Shown: positions 26,213 to 35,867 of the stretch, piece after piece | Position numbering within the stretch: position 1 is the first letter of the stretch | Layout: the number at the start of each line of letters is the position of its first letter | DNA from: Patescibacteria group bacterium | Lineage (GTDB): Bacteria > Patescibacteriota > Patescibacteriia > UBA9934 > GWF2-40-263 | Length of the DNA: 56,365 nt | Direction: 5' to 3' | Assembly: GCA_038065075.1 (NCBI GenBank) | Contig: JBBTRQ010000023.1 | Span: forward strand, 1-56,365 | Made by a program: the position numbers and the translations under genes | Notes under the pieces: model-generated | Database searches by the model: none | The model's input: the letters and a program-made list of their open reading frames with translations, nothing else | Told to the model about the DNA's origin: nothing

Positions 26213-27581
26213 CGTTGCTTCTTAAGGCGATAAAAATCGTATTGTTGTCAAACGTAATCCCGGTGGCGACTTGCGCCATATTGATCCCGGCCGTGTAGGC
26301 CATCGTCCAGTTGGATCCCGCTTCCCAGATCTGAAATTCCAGATTACTCACTCCCGTGGCAAGGTACACATACGGACCAGCCGTTGCGATTTGGTTAATT
26401 TCCCCTCCGACGTCGATCGCGTTCTTTTGAACGAGGGCAACGGGATCTGTTCGATCAAATTGATACAATTCCGGATTCGTACTCGAATTATTCTCGCGCC
26501 CGACATAGAGCTTGTCCCCATTAATGCTCAAGGAAGCGGCATCCGTGGAACCGGAGAGATCGTAGGAACCCGCCACCGTGAGGCTCGTCATTTGCGCGAG
26601 GGAAAGAATGAGAACCTCCTGCGTGTTGGACGATGTCGCGGCATACAGATAGCCATCGGAAACGGCCAGATCGCGTACCTCAGCCCCCACGGCGTACTGC
26701 GAGACGAGCGTCGGTGAGGATGGAACGGACACGTCGTATACCTGGATGTCACTTTCTGTTCCGACAAAGACATACGACCCGTCCGCCATCACCCTCAGCC
26801 CCTCCTCTTCAATGGCGACCGTTGTCAGTAATTGAAGATTGTAGGGATCCGAAACGTCAAAGACGAGCATCTCGTTGCTGTCACCAACGACATAGAGGTA
26901 GGTATCGGCAACCAAGGCGAGACTCGTGAGGCTATCGTAGGTGATGTACGAATCGATAATCGTCGGATGCGCTGGATCTTGAATCGTGATGGAGAAAAGA
27001 CTCGGGCGATTTCCCGAACTAGTGGTGGCGGTCAAGAAAGCAAAATTCCCTTGGCGAGCAACACCCGTCGCTTGCCCTTGCGGTCCAATGTCCAATGACC
27101 CAACGATGATCGGAACCCCCCAATTCCCCCAGACTTCCACGTTCTGCCAATTTGTCAGCCGGGTTGTTGCGGATCGGGAGATGAGCCTTCCCCAATAATT
27201 CCAGTAGACCTCGATGACGACATCCTTTGTGCTCGTATCAATCTCCTGGATGGTAACCGTGCGAAAAAATGTTCCATCCGTCACGTCTGTATCCCCAGAA
27301 AACGACCACGACCCGTTGACGTAATTGAGCCCATGCTGGCCCACCGCGAGAGATGCCCAATCGCTTGATCCGATAAACCGGGCTCCATCAAGAGCTTCCT
27401 GGAGAAGGGTATTTGCCCGCGCCTGTTTCAAAAGACCGTTACTCTCCGTAATGGAAGAACCAAACAACACAAACACCGCGACGACAAGAATCGCGAACAG
27501 GGCCATGGAGATAATAACCTCAAGGGCCTGGACTCCCTGCTGTGACTTGTAACACTCCATAGGAAGAAATTGAAATGTCAT
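26181..27581 (-). CDS. large minor pilin-like protein with repeated beta-propeller (LVIVD-type) C-terminal repeats
   Basis: N-terminal helix QALEVIISMALFAILVVAVFVLF. Repeats such as YLYVVGDSNEMLVFDVSDP, YVFVGTESDIQVYDVSVP, YLYAATSSNTQEVLILSL and YVYLATGVSNLEFQIWE. Confidence 0.55.
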   Translation of the reverse strand: MTFQFLPMECYKSQQGVQALEVIISMALFAILVVAVFVLFGSSITESNGLLKQARANTLLQEALDGARFIGSSDWASLAVGQHGLNYVNGSWSFSGDTDVTDGTFFRTVTIQEIDTSTKDVVIEVYWNYWGRLISRSATTRLTNWQNVEVWGNWGVPIIVGSLDIGPQGQATGVARQGNFAFLTATTSSGNRPSLFSITIQDPAHPTIIDSYITYDSLTSLALVADTYLYVVGDSNEMLVFDVSDPYNLQLLTTVAIEEEGLRVMADGSYVFVGTESDIQVYDVSVPSSPTLVSQYAVGAEVRDLAVSDGYLYAATSSNTQEVLILSLAQMTSLTVAGSYDLSGSTDAASLSINGDKLYVGRENNSSTNPELYQFDRTDPVALVQKNAIDVGGEINQIATAGPYVYLATGVSNLEFQIWEAGSNWTMAYTAGINMAQVATGITFDNNTIFIALRSNDAFQVIQPTP

Positions 27582-27975
27582 ACACTCGGTCCCCTAATTG
27601 CAATGACACAAGGACGGGCTGACTCGGGGAGAGATCCCCCACGGGAAACACGATCTGTGTATCCCCCGTAACCGTAATGTTCGCGGGCATCTGGAAGCTG
27701 ACATCTTTTTCAACCTGACGCAACGCATACGAATCTCCTGTGAACCGTGTCACCGTCTGTGAAGAAATGTTCACTCCATGCGACTGATCGTCGACCTGTG
27801 TATACGACTCCATCTGTGCCAGGGCAATCTGCGAGGTGACCAAGTTGGTGTTATTCAGAAGCGATTGCCATCCCAAAAGCGCAAACGTGGCGATGGCGCC
27901 GGTCGCGGCCAAGAGAAGAATCAACCCAATGACCGTGAGTGTCTCAATAAAAGAAAATCCACGATCCGCGCGCAT
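27520..27975 (-). CDS. minor pilin with prepilin N-terminal motif (151 aa)
   Basis: RADRG|FSFIETLTVIGLILLLAA. Confidence 0.7.
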   Translation of the reverse strand: MRADRGFSFIETLTVIGLILLLAATGAIATFALLGWQSLLNNTNLVTSQIALAQMESYTQVDDQSHGVNISSQTVTRFTGDSYALRQVEKDVSFQMPANITVTGDTQIVFPVGDLSPSQPVLVSLQLGDRVYDISISSYGVLQVTAGSPGP

Positions 27976-27978
27976 ACA

Positions 27979-29073
27979 TCAGCCGATGCCGCTTGTTAAT
28001 TGGTAGATCGGCGTGATCACGGCAAGGGCGACAAACCCTACCAATCCTCCGATCATAATCATCAGCAGTGGTTCAAGAAGAGTCGTCATCACCTTGATCA
28101 CTTCATCGATTTCTTCCTCCGTAAACTTCGCGATGAAGAAAAAACTTTTATCCAGCCGTGCCGTCTCTTCGCCCACGCTTACCATTTGGGTTACGAGCGG
28201 AGAAAACAAGACGGGATGGGCCTGCAAATACAGTCCGATATTTTCCCCTCCCTGAATGGAGGCGGCAATCTTCTCCAGAGATCGTCGGTACACGGGATGT
28301 TCAATGGACTCGGCCGCAATCTTAAACGCGGGAACGACCGACACACCGGAAGCAAGTAGGACTCCGAGCATCTGTGAAAATCGCGCGACCTGAATCTTCT
28401 TGATCAAGGTATTTACCAGCGGGATATACAAGGTGAGGGAATGGAAGGCATAGCGAAACCGATGGATCTTCAAGGCAAAATAAAACGCGATGACTCCGAA
28501 AACCAACAACGCGACCATCCACTTCCAGTACGTCGTGACAAATTCTGCCGAGAAAATCACAAACGTCGTGGACGCAGGAAGATCTACGTTTAGGGAAAGA
28601 AAGAGCGGCGTAATCTGCGGGAGCAAAACAAACACCAAGTACGCCACGGTTCCAATCGTCCCGGCCACAACAATGAATGGGTAAATCAGCGCTGAAAGAA
28701 CCTTCTTTCGAAGTTCTCCCGCCTTTTCAAAATGATCGTTAATCCTCACGAGGGAATCGGACAAGGTTCCCGTCTTCTCTCCAACGGAAATAAGATTAAC
28801 AACAAGCTCATTAAAGATATGCGGCATCTTCTTCATGCTTGAAGAAAGCGTCTCACCGGAATCCAAATCTTTCACAAGGGAATGGAGGATTCGATGGAAC
28901 GACTTGGAGCGTGTTTGTTCGTGGATGGCCAAGAGTCCTTTCTCAAGGGGAACCCCGGCTTCAATCATGGCGGCAAGATGCTTAAACAAGACAAGCCGTT
29001 CTTTGGACGTCATTCGATCGAAAACGCGTATTTTCGTCGGCCAAGGTTTTTGCTCCGGTTGGGGCTTTGCCAT
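27979..29073 (-). CDS. pilC: type IV pilus platform protein PilC/GspF family
   Basis: 364 aa with a duplicated GspF-type domain and three TM segments. The gene is adjacent to the ATPase. Confidence 0.8.
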   Translation of the reverse strand: MAKPQPEQKPWPTKIRVFDRMTSKERLVLFKHLAAMIEAGVPLEKGLLAIHEQTRSKSFHRILHSLVKDLDSGETLSSSMKKMPHIFNELVVNLISVGEKTGTLSDSLVRINDHFEKAGELRKKVLSALIYPFIVVAGTIGTVAYLVFVLLPQITPLFLSLNVDLPASTTFVIFSAEFVTTYWKWMVALLVFGVIAFYFALKIHRFRYAFHSLTLYIPLVNTLIKKIQVARFSQMLGVLLASGVSVVPAFKIAAESIEHPVYRRSLEKIAASIQGGENIGLYLQAHPVLFSPLVTQMVSVGEETARLDKSFFFIAKFTEEEIDEVIKVMTTLLEPLLMIMIGGLVGFVALAVITPIYQLTSGIG

Positions 29074-29076
29074 ACC

Positions 29077-30366
29077 TTATTCTTGAATCACACGCACGAC
29101 TTCCGCGAGGGATGTCAGTCCCGCCGCGGCTTTCCCAAGCCCATCAGATACCATCGTGGTCATCCCTTCTTCGATCGCCACCTTCTGAATTTCAGTCGCG
29201 TTCTCGCGCTTCATAATCAACCGCTTCACCGTTTCGGACATTTCTAACACTTCATAAATTCCCAGGCGCCCCACGTACCCCGTTTGACTACAAGAGGAGC
29301 ATCCTTGGGGCAAGTAAGAAAACACAATCTCATTCATTTCTTTTTCCGAGACGAAATTGGAAAGACTCTCCCGCTCAATGTCAGACATCTTTTTCTTCTG
29401 CGCGCACTCCTTACACAGTCGACGGACAAGCCGCTGACCAATGGCCAGGTTGATGGTCGACGCGATCAGAAACGGCTCGATTCCCATATCGAGTAACCGA
29501 GGAAGAGTCACGGAGGCGCTATTTGTATGCAGAGTGGTAAGAAGCAAGTGACCCGTCATGGCCGCATTGATTGAAATGCTCGCCGTCTCTTCATCTCGGA
29601 TCTCTCCCACCATGATGATATTTGGATCTTGTCGGACGATGGTACGCAGTCCCTTGGCAAAGGTCAGGTCCGTACGTGGGTTGATCTGAATTTGTGTGAC
29701 CCCTGGAACGGTATATTCAATGGGATCCTCAATGGTGATAATGGAACGCTCGCGGGAGTTGAGAACATCCAAAATCGCATACAGCGAGGTTGTCTTTCCT
29801 GATCCCGTTGGCCCGGTAGCGATCACCATGCCGTAAGACTTCTGAATGTTTCTCTTGATGCGTTTAAGATCCTTCTCAGAAAACCCCAGCTCTTCCAGCG
29901 CGAGCGCGCTCGTCTGACCGATCAACAATCGGATGACGGTATTCTCTCCAAAAAAAGTCGGGGAAATGGAGACCCGCATGTCGACGGGCGTGTCACCAAG
30001 CGTCATGCGAAAGCGACCATCCTGCGGGGCATAGTGTTCATCTGTCCTGAGCTCGGACAACACTTTAATGCGGGTGACAACCTTAAAATGAACCTCCGGC
30101 GTGAGTAACAATACGTCATGGAGAATTCCATCAATGCGGAACCGAATGACGGTTCCCCCCTCAATGGGGTCGATATGAATGTCCGATGCGGTCGATTTGT
30201 ATGCGTGTTCAACAAGCCCATCAACCAACTCTTTGATCGAGGCTTTCTCCAACGCGTCCATCCCCTGGAGCGAAACGATTTTTCTGCTCTCGTTGACATG
30301 CCGCGCGAGCTCCTGGAGGAAGGATTCGTCCTGTGTATGATTTTTTGTCCCAACGCGTTGACCCAT
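29077..30366 (-). CDS. second GspE/PilB-family secretion ATPase (429 aa)
   Basis: GPTGSGKTTSLYA, CKECAQ..CSSCSQTG. It is shorter at the N-terminus than the PilB encoded at 13785. Confidence 0.8.
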   Translation of the reverse strand: MGQRVGTKNHTQDESFLQELARHVNESRKIVSLQGMDALEKASIKELVDGLVEHAYKSTASDIHIDPIEGGTVIRFRIDGILHDVLLLTPEVHFKVVTRIKVLSELRTDEHYAPQDGRFRMTLGDTPVDMRVSISPTFFGENTVIRLLIGQTSALALEELGFSEKDLKRIKRNIQKSYGMVIATGPTGSGKTTSLYAILDVLNSRERSIITIEDPIEYTVPGVTQIQINPRTDLTFAKGLRTIVRQDPNIIMVGEIRDEETASISINAAMTGHLLLTTLHTNSASVTLPRLLDMGIEPFLIASTINLAIGQRLVRRLCKECAQKKKMSDIERESLSNFVSEKEMNEIVFSYLPQGCSSCSQTGYVGRLGIYEVLEMSETVKRLIMKRENATEIQKVAIEEGMTTMVSDGLGKAAAGLTSLAEVVRVIQE

Positions 30367-30420
30367 ATGTTTGTGTTTGTGCTATAATTGTAGCAAATAA
30401 CTTTAACGAAACCTATTCCT

Positions 30421-30885
30421 ATGCGCTCACTTTCATCACAACGAGGGTTCACGCTCGTTGAAATCCTCATCGTTCTCGCCCTGATCGCCATCTTAGTCGG
30501 TGCCGTTCTCGTCGCTCTTAACCCAGGTCGACAGTTTGCCAGTGGACGCAATTCAACGCGCTACTCGCACCTCAACACCATCATGAATGCGATCAGCTCC
30601 AATGCCGTGGAAAACAATGGGGTATTCACCTGCGCCTCCGCCGGAACGATTCCCGCAACCGCGACGGAAATGGGAAGCGGGGTAGGACTTTATGATATCG
30701 CCCCCTGTCTGGTAACCGAGTATCTTCCATCGGTGCCGGTCGATCCATCCGATGCCGACGCCGCTTGGACATCTGAGACAAGCTACGCCACCGGATACAC
30801 TATTGCTCAGAACGCTACGACAGGAGCTATCACGATCTCGGCTCCAACCGCGGAGTTGAGCGCGGCCATCAGCGTTACTCGATAA
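30421..30885 (+). CDS. type IV major pilin candidate
   Basis: MRSLSSQRG|FTLVEILIVLALIAILVGAVLVAL. Confidence 0.8.
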   Translation: MRSLSSQRGFTLVEILIVLALIAILVGAVLVALNPGRQFASGRNSTRYSHLNTIMNAISSNAVENNGVFTCASAGTIPATATEMGSGVGLYDIAPCLVTEYLPSVPVDPSDADAAWTSETSYATGYTIAQNATTGAITISAPTAELSAAISVTR

Positions 30886-30996
30886 ATCTCGTTCACAAAA
30901 GAGAAGCCTTCATCCTGGGCTTCTTTTTTTCACAGTATTTCAACGACCTCCGTCATGGGTTATACTTTTCTGGTATATCTTAATCTAACCATCCTT

Positions 30997-31428
30997 ATGA
31001 AAAATGCCTTCCTCCCTTTGTCTCTCTTGAGTCTCGTCCTGATTGGTGGTGGTTGTTTCAACGCCGTGACCGAGACAGCGATCGAACGGGGAATCGAATC
31101 TGAAACGGGCGGATCCTCTGATATCTCACTCCCAGACGACTTCCCCACGGACTTCTTTGTCTACGATGGTGACATCACGATCATCAGCGCGGCAAACATC
31201 CCCGATGAGGGCGTGTCTCTCATGTTCTCAAGCGAGGACTCTCTGAGTGTTGTCGCCGCGTGGTATGAAGCAGAGCTCACCAACGAGGGTTGGGTGAAGT
31301 CCCAAGACTATACCCTTCAAGGCAGCGTTGTGCAGGCTTACACAAAAGCAGATCTCATGACCGCTGTTTCCCTTTCGGAAACTTCAGGCGTAACAACGGG
31401 CACGATTGTTCGATCACAACAGGAATAG
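30997..31428 (+). CDS. lipoprotein, unknown function
   Basis: MKNAFLPLSLLSLVLIGGGC lipobox. A plausible coding continuation exists in another frame up to 31541. Confidence 0.55.
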   Translation: MKNAFLPLSLLSLVLIGGGCFNAVTETAIERGIESETGGSSDISLPDDFPTDFFVYDGDITIISAANIPDEGVSLMFSSEDSLSVVAAWYEAELTNEGWVKSQDYTLQGSVVQAYTKADLMTAVSLSETSGVTTGTIVRSQQE

Positions 31429-31600
31429 AAAGCGATGAGCCTCCCCCAACAACAGAGGGGGCAGACTGGTTCCCAGGGATAGGGACTTATACCCTCGACG
31501 AAATCGATGCCATGTTCCAGACCATCAAGCCGGTTCGATAAGATTCGACGCACAACATGAAAACAAAACAATCCCGACAGGGATCGTTTTACAAAGACCT

Positions 31601-31837
31601 TTACAACAGTTTGAGAAACTCTTCGACTGACAGCCCGGCCTGTTTGACGATGTCCATCAGAAGTCCTTTCTGAATGGTTTCCCCTTTATGGACAGGCACA
31701 ACCGTCTGGCATTTTCTCTGCGGATGTTGCATCACGACGTGACTGCCTTTTTGACGATCTTGGACGAATCCGGCTCTTTCGAGGGCTCGGATTACCTTGC
31801 TGGCACGTACAGACGGCAGGAGGTGAAACGCAGTCAT
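31601..31837 (-). CDS. hicA: HicA-family mRNA interferase toxin
   Basis: KVIRALERAGFVQDRQKGSHVVMQHP. Confidence 0.8.
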   Translation of the reverse strand: MTAFHLLPSVRASKVIRALERAGFVQDRQKGSHVVMQHPQRKCQTVVPVHKGETIQKGLLMDIVKQAGLSVEEFLKLL

Positions 31838-31843
31838 ACCCGA

Positions 31844-32098
31844 TTAGGGTTGGATCATAACCGAGCTCACAAAGACACGTTGTTCTTTCTTCGGAAGACT
31901 TGTGCGATGGGTGGCGAGGCTTTCCAGATATACCTCGATAGCTTCGGTAATACGCGACTCGGCTTGGGCGAGCGTCTTACCCTGCGTGTGACAGCCGGGA
32001 AGCTCTGGCACGGTGGCAATGAACCAACCGCCTTCTTCACGGTACACAACCTGGAAGTTACGATTCACAGGAAAAGTCTTATTCATATACCTGCACAA
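31844..32098 (-). CDS. hicB: HicB-family antitoxin
   Basis: GGWFIATVPELPGCHTQGKTLAQAESRITEAIEVYLESL. Confidence 0.8.
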   Translation of the reverse strand: MCRYMNKTFPVNRNFQVVYREEGGWFIATVPELPGCHTQGKTLAQAESRITEAIEVYLESLATHRTSLPKKEQRVFVSSVMIQP

Positions 32099-32164
32099 TA
32101 ACAGATATCGTTTGGTTCCTCAATTTCTTCCATCCCCTTTCGACAAGCTCAGAGAGTCCGAATC

Positions 32165-32214
32165 AAAAAGACGCATACATGACTGGTAGCGAAAAAGTCA
32201 TGATGCGTCTTTTT
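32165..32214. terminator. bidirectional hairpin terminator next to tRNA-Glu
   Basis: AAAAAGACGCATACATGAC-loop-GTCATGATGCGTCTTTTT. Confidence 0.6.
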
Positions 32215-32215
32215 G

Positions 32216-32290
32216 TGGTGACCCCAGGGGGAATTGAACCCCCGTTACCAGGATGAAAACCTGATGTCCTAACCATTAGACGATGGGGCC
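32216..32290 (-). tRNA. tRNA-Glu (anticodon UUC), CCA encoded
   Basis: The reverse complement GGCCCCATCGTCTAATGGTTAGGACATCAGGTTTTCATCCTGGTAACGGGGGTTCAATTCCCCCTGGGGTCACCA folds as a cloverleaf. Anticodon loop is TTTTCAT and T-arm is GGGGG-TTCAATT-CCCCC. Confidence 0.9.
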
Positions 32291-32413
32291 AGAAGATAAA
32301 TGCGGCGGTATCATAAGAAAAAAGGAGAGTCACGTCAATGCCACCGCACGTTAACGACCATGTGATACACTTGAATCAATAACTCGCGCAGGCTAAAGCC
32401 TGCGGCTACCTCT

Positions 32414-33469
32414 ATGCCTTCCCAACCATCCCACATGACCATCGAGAAGTGGTTCTTCCTTCTCGTCATGGCCGCCGTGCTCTTTCTCTTTTGGAAAATA
32501 CTCGAGCCGTTTATTTTGGTCATCATCGTCGCGATCGTCGTGACGGTCATCTTGTCGCCCATCGACAAGCGCCTCAAAAAAATTCTCAAGCGCCCACGGC
32601 TCTCCGCCGCGCTACTCTCAGTTGCTACGTTCTTTCTCGTCTTCGTCCCAATCTTGACCGTGCTCTTTCTCATGGTCACGCAGGCCTCTGATTTAGTCCG
32701 CACGGCAGCATCGGACACCGCCTGGCTGGACGAGCTCAAGGCCACGGCCACGCCGCTCATCCAGACGCTCCCCACACCCGTGCAAGACGAACTCGCCGCC
32801 GTCGACCTTTCCGCGATCGGCAAGTCCGTCGCCACCTGGGCGTTCCAAAACGTCGGCAACGTGTTCTCCTCCTCGACCCAACTCATCCTCAACACGTTCA
32901 TCTTCTTCATGTGTCTGTACTATCTGCTGACCAACCGTGAACATCTCTACAATGAAGCCCTCGCCCTCTCCCCGCTCGCCAACGAGACGGACAAGATGCT
33001 CCTTAAGCGCATCGTGAACACGATCCGCGGCGTGGTGTTTGGTGTCCTGTTGGTCGCGATCATCCAGGGCATCATCGCGGGCATCGGCATGACGATCTTC
33101 CATGTCCCTGGTTCTCTCATCTGGGCCGCCCTCACGGCGGTCGCCGGCCTTGTGCCGATTCTGGGAACCGCGATCGTCCTCATCCCTGCCATCCTCTATT
33201 TGTTCTTCACAGGCTCGACCGCGGCGGCCATCGGACTCCTGATCTGGTCTCTCGTGTTTGTCTCGATGATCGATAACCTCATCGGCCCCTCCCTCATCGG
33301 CGGCCGCGCGCATCTGCATTCGTTCCTGGTCTTAATCGCCGTCTTGGGAGGCTTGGCCGCGTTCGGCAGTGTGGGCGCCATCGCGGGTCCCACGATCCTG
33401 GCCGCCCTCTTGGGACTCATCGAACTCTACAAGTCTGGAATCTTATCGACTGGTCGAGTGACAACGTAA
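32414..33469 (+). CDS. AI-2E/PerM (UPF0118) family transporter
   Basis: 351 aa with ~8 TM segments and the characteristic length and topology of the family. Confidence 0.6.
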   Translation: MPSQPSHMTIEKWFFLLVMAAVLFLFWKILEPFILVIIVAIVVTVILSPIDKRLKKILKRPRLSAALLSVATFFLVFVPILTVLFLMVTQASDLVRTAASDTAWLDELKATATPLIQTLPTPVQDELAAVDLSAIGKSVATWAFQNVGNVFSSSTQLILNTFIFFMCLYYLLTNREHLYNEALALSPLANETDKMLLKRIVNTIRGVVFGVLLVAIIQGIIAGIGMTIFHVPGSLIWAALTAVAGLVPILGTAIVLIPAILYLFFTGSTAAAIGLLIWSLVFVSMIDNLIGPSLIGGRAHLHSFLVLIAVLGGLAAFGSVGAIAGPTILAALLGLIELYKSGILSTGRVTT

Positions 33470-33508
33470 ACCCCAAACCAAAACAGGCCGCAAAGCCTGT
33501 TTTGTTAT

Positions 33509-34627
33509 TTACTCGATGCGGTCGATGCGGATCGCGGTCCCTCCACCGCCGCCGTCCCATGTCGTGATAAGGAGGTCTCCCACGAGTGCCGTATGTGGGC
33601 GATGGGCATCAGTGCCTTCGTAGAGGTACTCCGTTAAGATGAGTTCACCTTCTGGATTGAATACGTACCGCACGATGTTCCCGCCGTCGTCGGTGAGGAC
33701 TCCTGGCGTGGGAGGAGGTGGCATCTGCCCACGAGCGTATGCATCAACATTCACCCGCGCGTGCATCACGAGACTCCCGTCGTTCAGATACACACCGCTC
33801 GTCATCCCCGCGGACTGTTTATCCTCGTCCACGAGCCGAGTCGTATCGACGAGCTCCCAATCTTTATCGTAACGCAGGCGCGTCACGCCGCTTTGCTGGA
33901 GGTGCATGATCGTGTCCGCGGCCAGTACATCGAATCCATCTTGTGTTTGAATCGCGCTCGAGCCGTTACCATGAACGATCTCTCCCCCGCCGATCGTGAC
34001 GGTGTCGAAGACCTCGAGATCTTCATCCATCCGAAACACCTTGTGGCCGATCGTCGGGAGGAAAAACGCCGCCGCGATCCCATCCTCTTCAGGCACGAGG
34101 AACATGTCGTTGGTGACGAGGAACTCGCCTCCCATCGGAGGACGCTCCGATGCCGGAACTTCGTACCGATCGATGATGTGCTCCATGGCCATCCGATTCA
34201 AATCGCGATCGACCTTCACGGCGTACGCCGAGTCGGCAGATGGTTGGGAAAAGACAAGATAGTGATAGCCGCCCGCAAAGACGTGCCAGTGGTCTGCGAC
34301 TCCGCCAACTTCATCGCGCGACACGATCGTCTTCCAGTCGAGTGTTGCTTCAGGATCTTCGGGATCGAAAAAGGCCATGTCGATGCCTTGATTGCGCTCG
34401 GCGGACAAAACGACTTGACCCTCATCGTCGGCAACGCCAAAGAGCCAGAGGGGAGCGTCGACCTGGTCCTCATAGAGTTTCTCAAACACGACCTCACGGA
34501 CTGGCTCCGTCTGTTCGGATACAGAGGCCGTATCGGTCGAATCGGACCTATCGGTCGTATCAACCGGTGACGCGCACCCAAACCCCAGGAGCGCCAGCAT
34601 GAAAAAGACGGGAAGAAATTTTTTCAT
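33509..34627 (-). CDS. lipoprotein, unknown function (372 aa)
   Basis: MKKFLPVFFMLALLGFGC lipobox. The start overlaps the ribE stop. Confidence 0.6.
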   Translation of the reverse strand: MKKFLPVFFMLALLGFGCASPVDTTDRSDSTDTASVSEQTEPVREVVFEKLYEDQVDAPLWLFGVADDEGQVVLSAERNQGIDMAFFDPEDPEATLDWKTIVSRDEVGGVADHWHVFAGGYHYLVFSQPSADSAYAVKVDRDLNRMAMEHIIDRYEVPASERPPMGGEFLVTNDMFLVPEEDGIAAAFFLPTIGHKVFRMDEDLEVFDTVTIGGGEIVHGNGSSAIQTQDGFDVLAADTIMHLQQSGVTRLRYDKDWELVDTTRLVDEDKQSAGMTSGVYLNDGSLVMHARVNVDAYARGQMPPPPTPGVLTDDGGNIVRYVFNPEGELILTEYLYEGTDAHRPHTALVGDLLITTWDGGGGGTAIRIDRIE

Positions 34628-35244
34628 AGAGATGTCTTTTCAGAAAGGACTCGCTCGACCGTCTCGACGATGACCTGCGTCTGGGGATCGATCTCCACGT
34701 TCACATGATCGCCGATTTTTTTTGTGCCGAATCGTGTGAGCTTGAGCGTCTCGGGAATAAAGTGAACCTTGAACGTCCCCGCCTTTGCGTCGGCGTCCAC
34801 GACGGTGAGGCTCGCGCCGTCCAGACCGATGAACCCTTTGGAGAAGATGAAGCGCATCCACGACGGGTTCACCTTGAATGTCATCGACTTGTTGTTCTCG
34901 CTCTCTGCCACGTCGACAATTTCTGCCATCGTCGACACATGACCGCTCATGGGGTGCCCGCCGATCTCGTCTCCCATCTTGGCCGAGCGCTCGACATTGA
35001 CCGAGTCGCCAGCCTTGAGCGAGCCGATGGTCGTCTTTGCGAGCGTCTCTTGCATCGCATCAAAACTCACGCGCGCGCCGTCAATCTTGGTCACGGTGAA
35101 ACACGTTCCATCAATCGAAACGCTCGCACCAATCTGGAGGCCGTCGGCGAGCCTTGTCGGCATCTCGACCGTAAATGATTTAAGTCCCGGCTTGTCGATC
35201 ATCTCGACTACGGGACAAAGCGCTTGGATAATGCCGGTGTACAT
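34624..35244 (-). CDS. ribE: riboflavin synthase alpha chain
   Basis: MYTGIIQALCPV.., duplicated lumazine-binding halves. The start is set at ATG 35244. Confidence 0.8.
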   Translation of the reverse strand: MYTGIIQALCPVVEMIDKPGLKSFTVEMPTRLADGLQIGASVSIDGTCFTVTKIDGARVSFDAMQETLAKTTIGSLKAGDSVNVERSAKMGDEIGGHPMSGHVSTMAEIVDVAESENNKSMTFKVNPSWMRFIFSKGFIGLDGASLTVVDADAKAGTFKVHFIPETLKLTRFGTKKIGDHVNVEIDPQTQVIVETVERVLSEKTSL

Positions 35245-35349
35245 AGGGTGAATCGTGAAACGTGAATCGTGGAGCGTGTTGTCAGTACGCTTCACGTTAC
35301 ACGCTACACGTTACACGATTCATGCCCCACCTTGCTATACTATCCTCAT

Positions 35350-35853
35350 ATGCCACCTGAACGACGCGGCGGGACACCGCCAGAAACTATGCTCGAGAAA
35401 CAAACTAAAAAAGTCGAATTCGACTGGGAGCGCGGAGAGATCCCCGAGACGGAGGTTCGCTTTACCACCAGTCGAGGGGGCGGACCCGGAGGACAAGGGG
35501 TAAATACGACCGACTCGCGCGTGGAATTGCGATGGACGATTGGGTCTTCGTCGTTGCTCTCAGAGGAACAAAAACAGGCCTTGCGAGAACACGCTAGAGA
35601 AAACGCGCGTAAGAGAATCCTCGAAGAAAGCGACGAGTTGAAATTCGTCTGCATCTCGGAACGCTCACAGCTTCAAAACAAACGTGATTGCATTGATCGA
35701 CTCAACGCCTTCTTGCGCGAGGCCCTCACGCCAATCGAGGAACGCGTCGCAACGAAAAAAACAAAAGGCGTGAAGGCTCGTGAGCGTCGCGCAAGTGAAG
35801 CCGACAAGCGCCGCAAGCGAGCTCGCGGCCGCGTGGGGGACTGGGACTCGTGA
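35350..35853 (+). CDS. arfB: peptidyl-tRNA hydrolase ArfB / class-I release-factor-domain protein
   Basis: GGQ motif SRGGGPGGQGVNTTDSRVELRW and a basic C-terminal tail. The start is set at ATG 35350. Confidence 0.8.
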   Translation: MPPERRGGTPPETMLEKQTKKVEFDWERGEIPETEVRFTTSRGGGPGGQGVNTTDSRVELRWTIGSSSLLSEEQKQALREHARENARKRILEESDELKFVCISERSQLQNKRDCIDRLNAFLREALTPIEERVATKKTKGVKARERRASEADKRRKRARGRVGDWDS

Positions 35854-35867
35854 TACACTAGAGTCAT

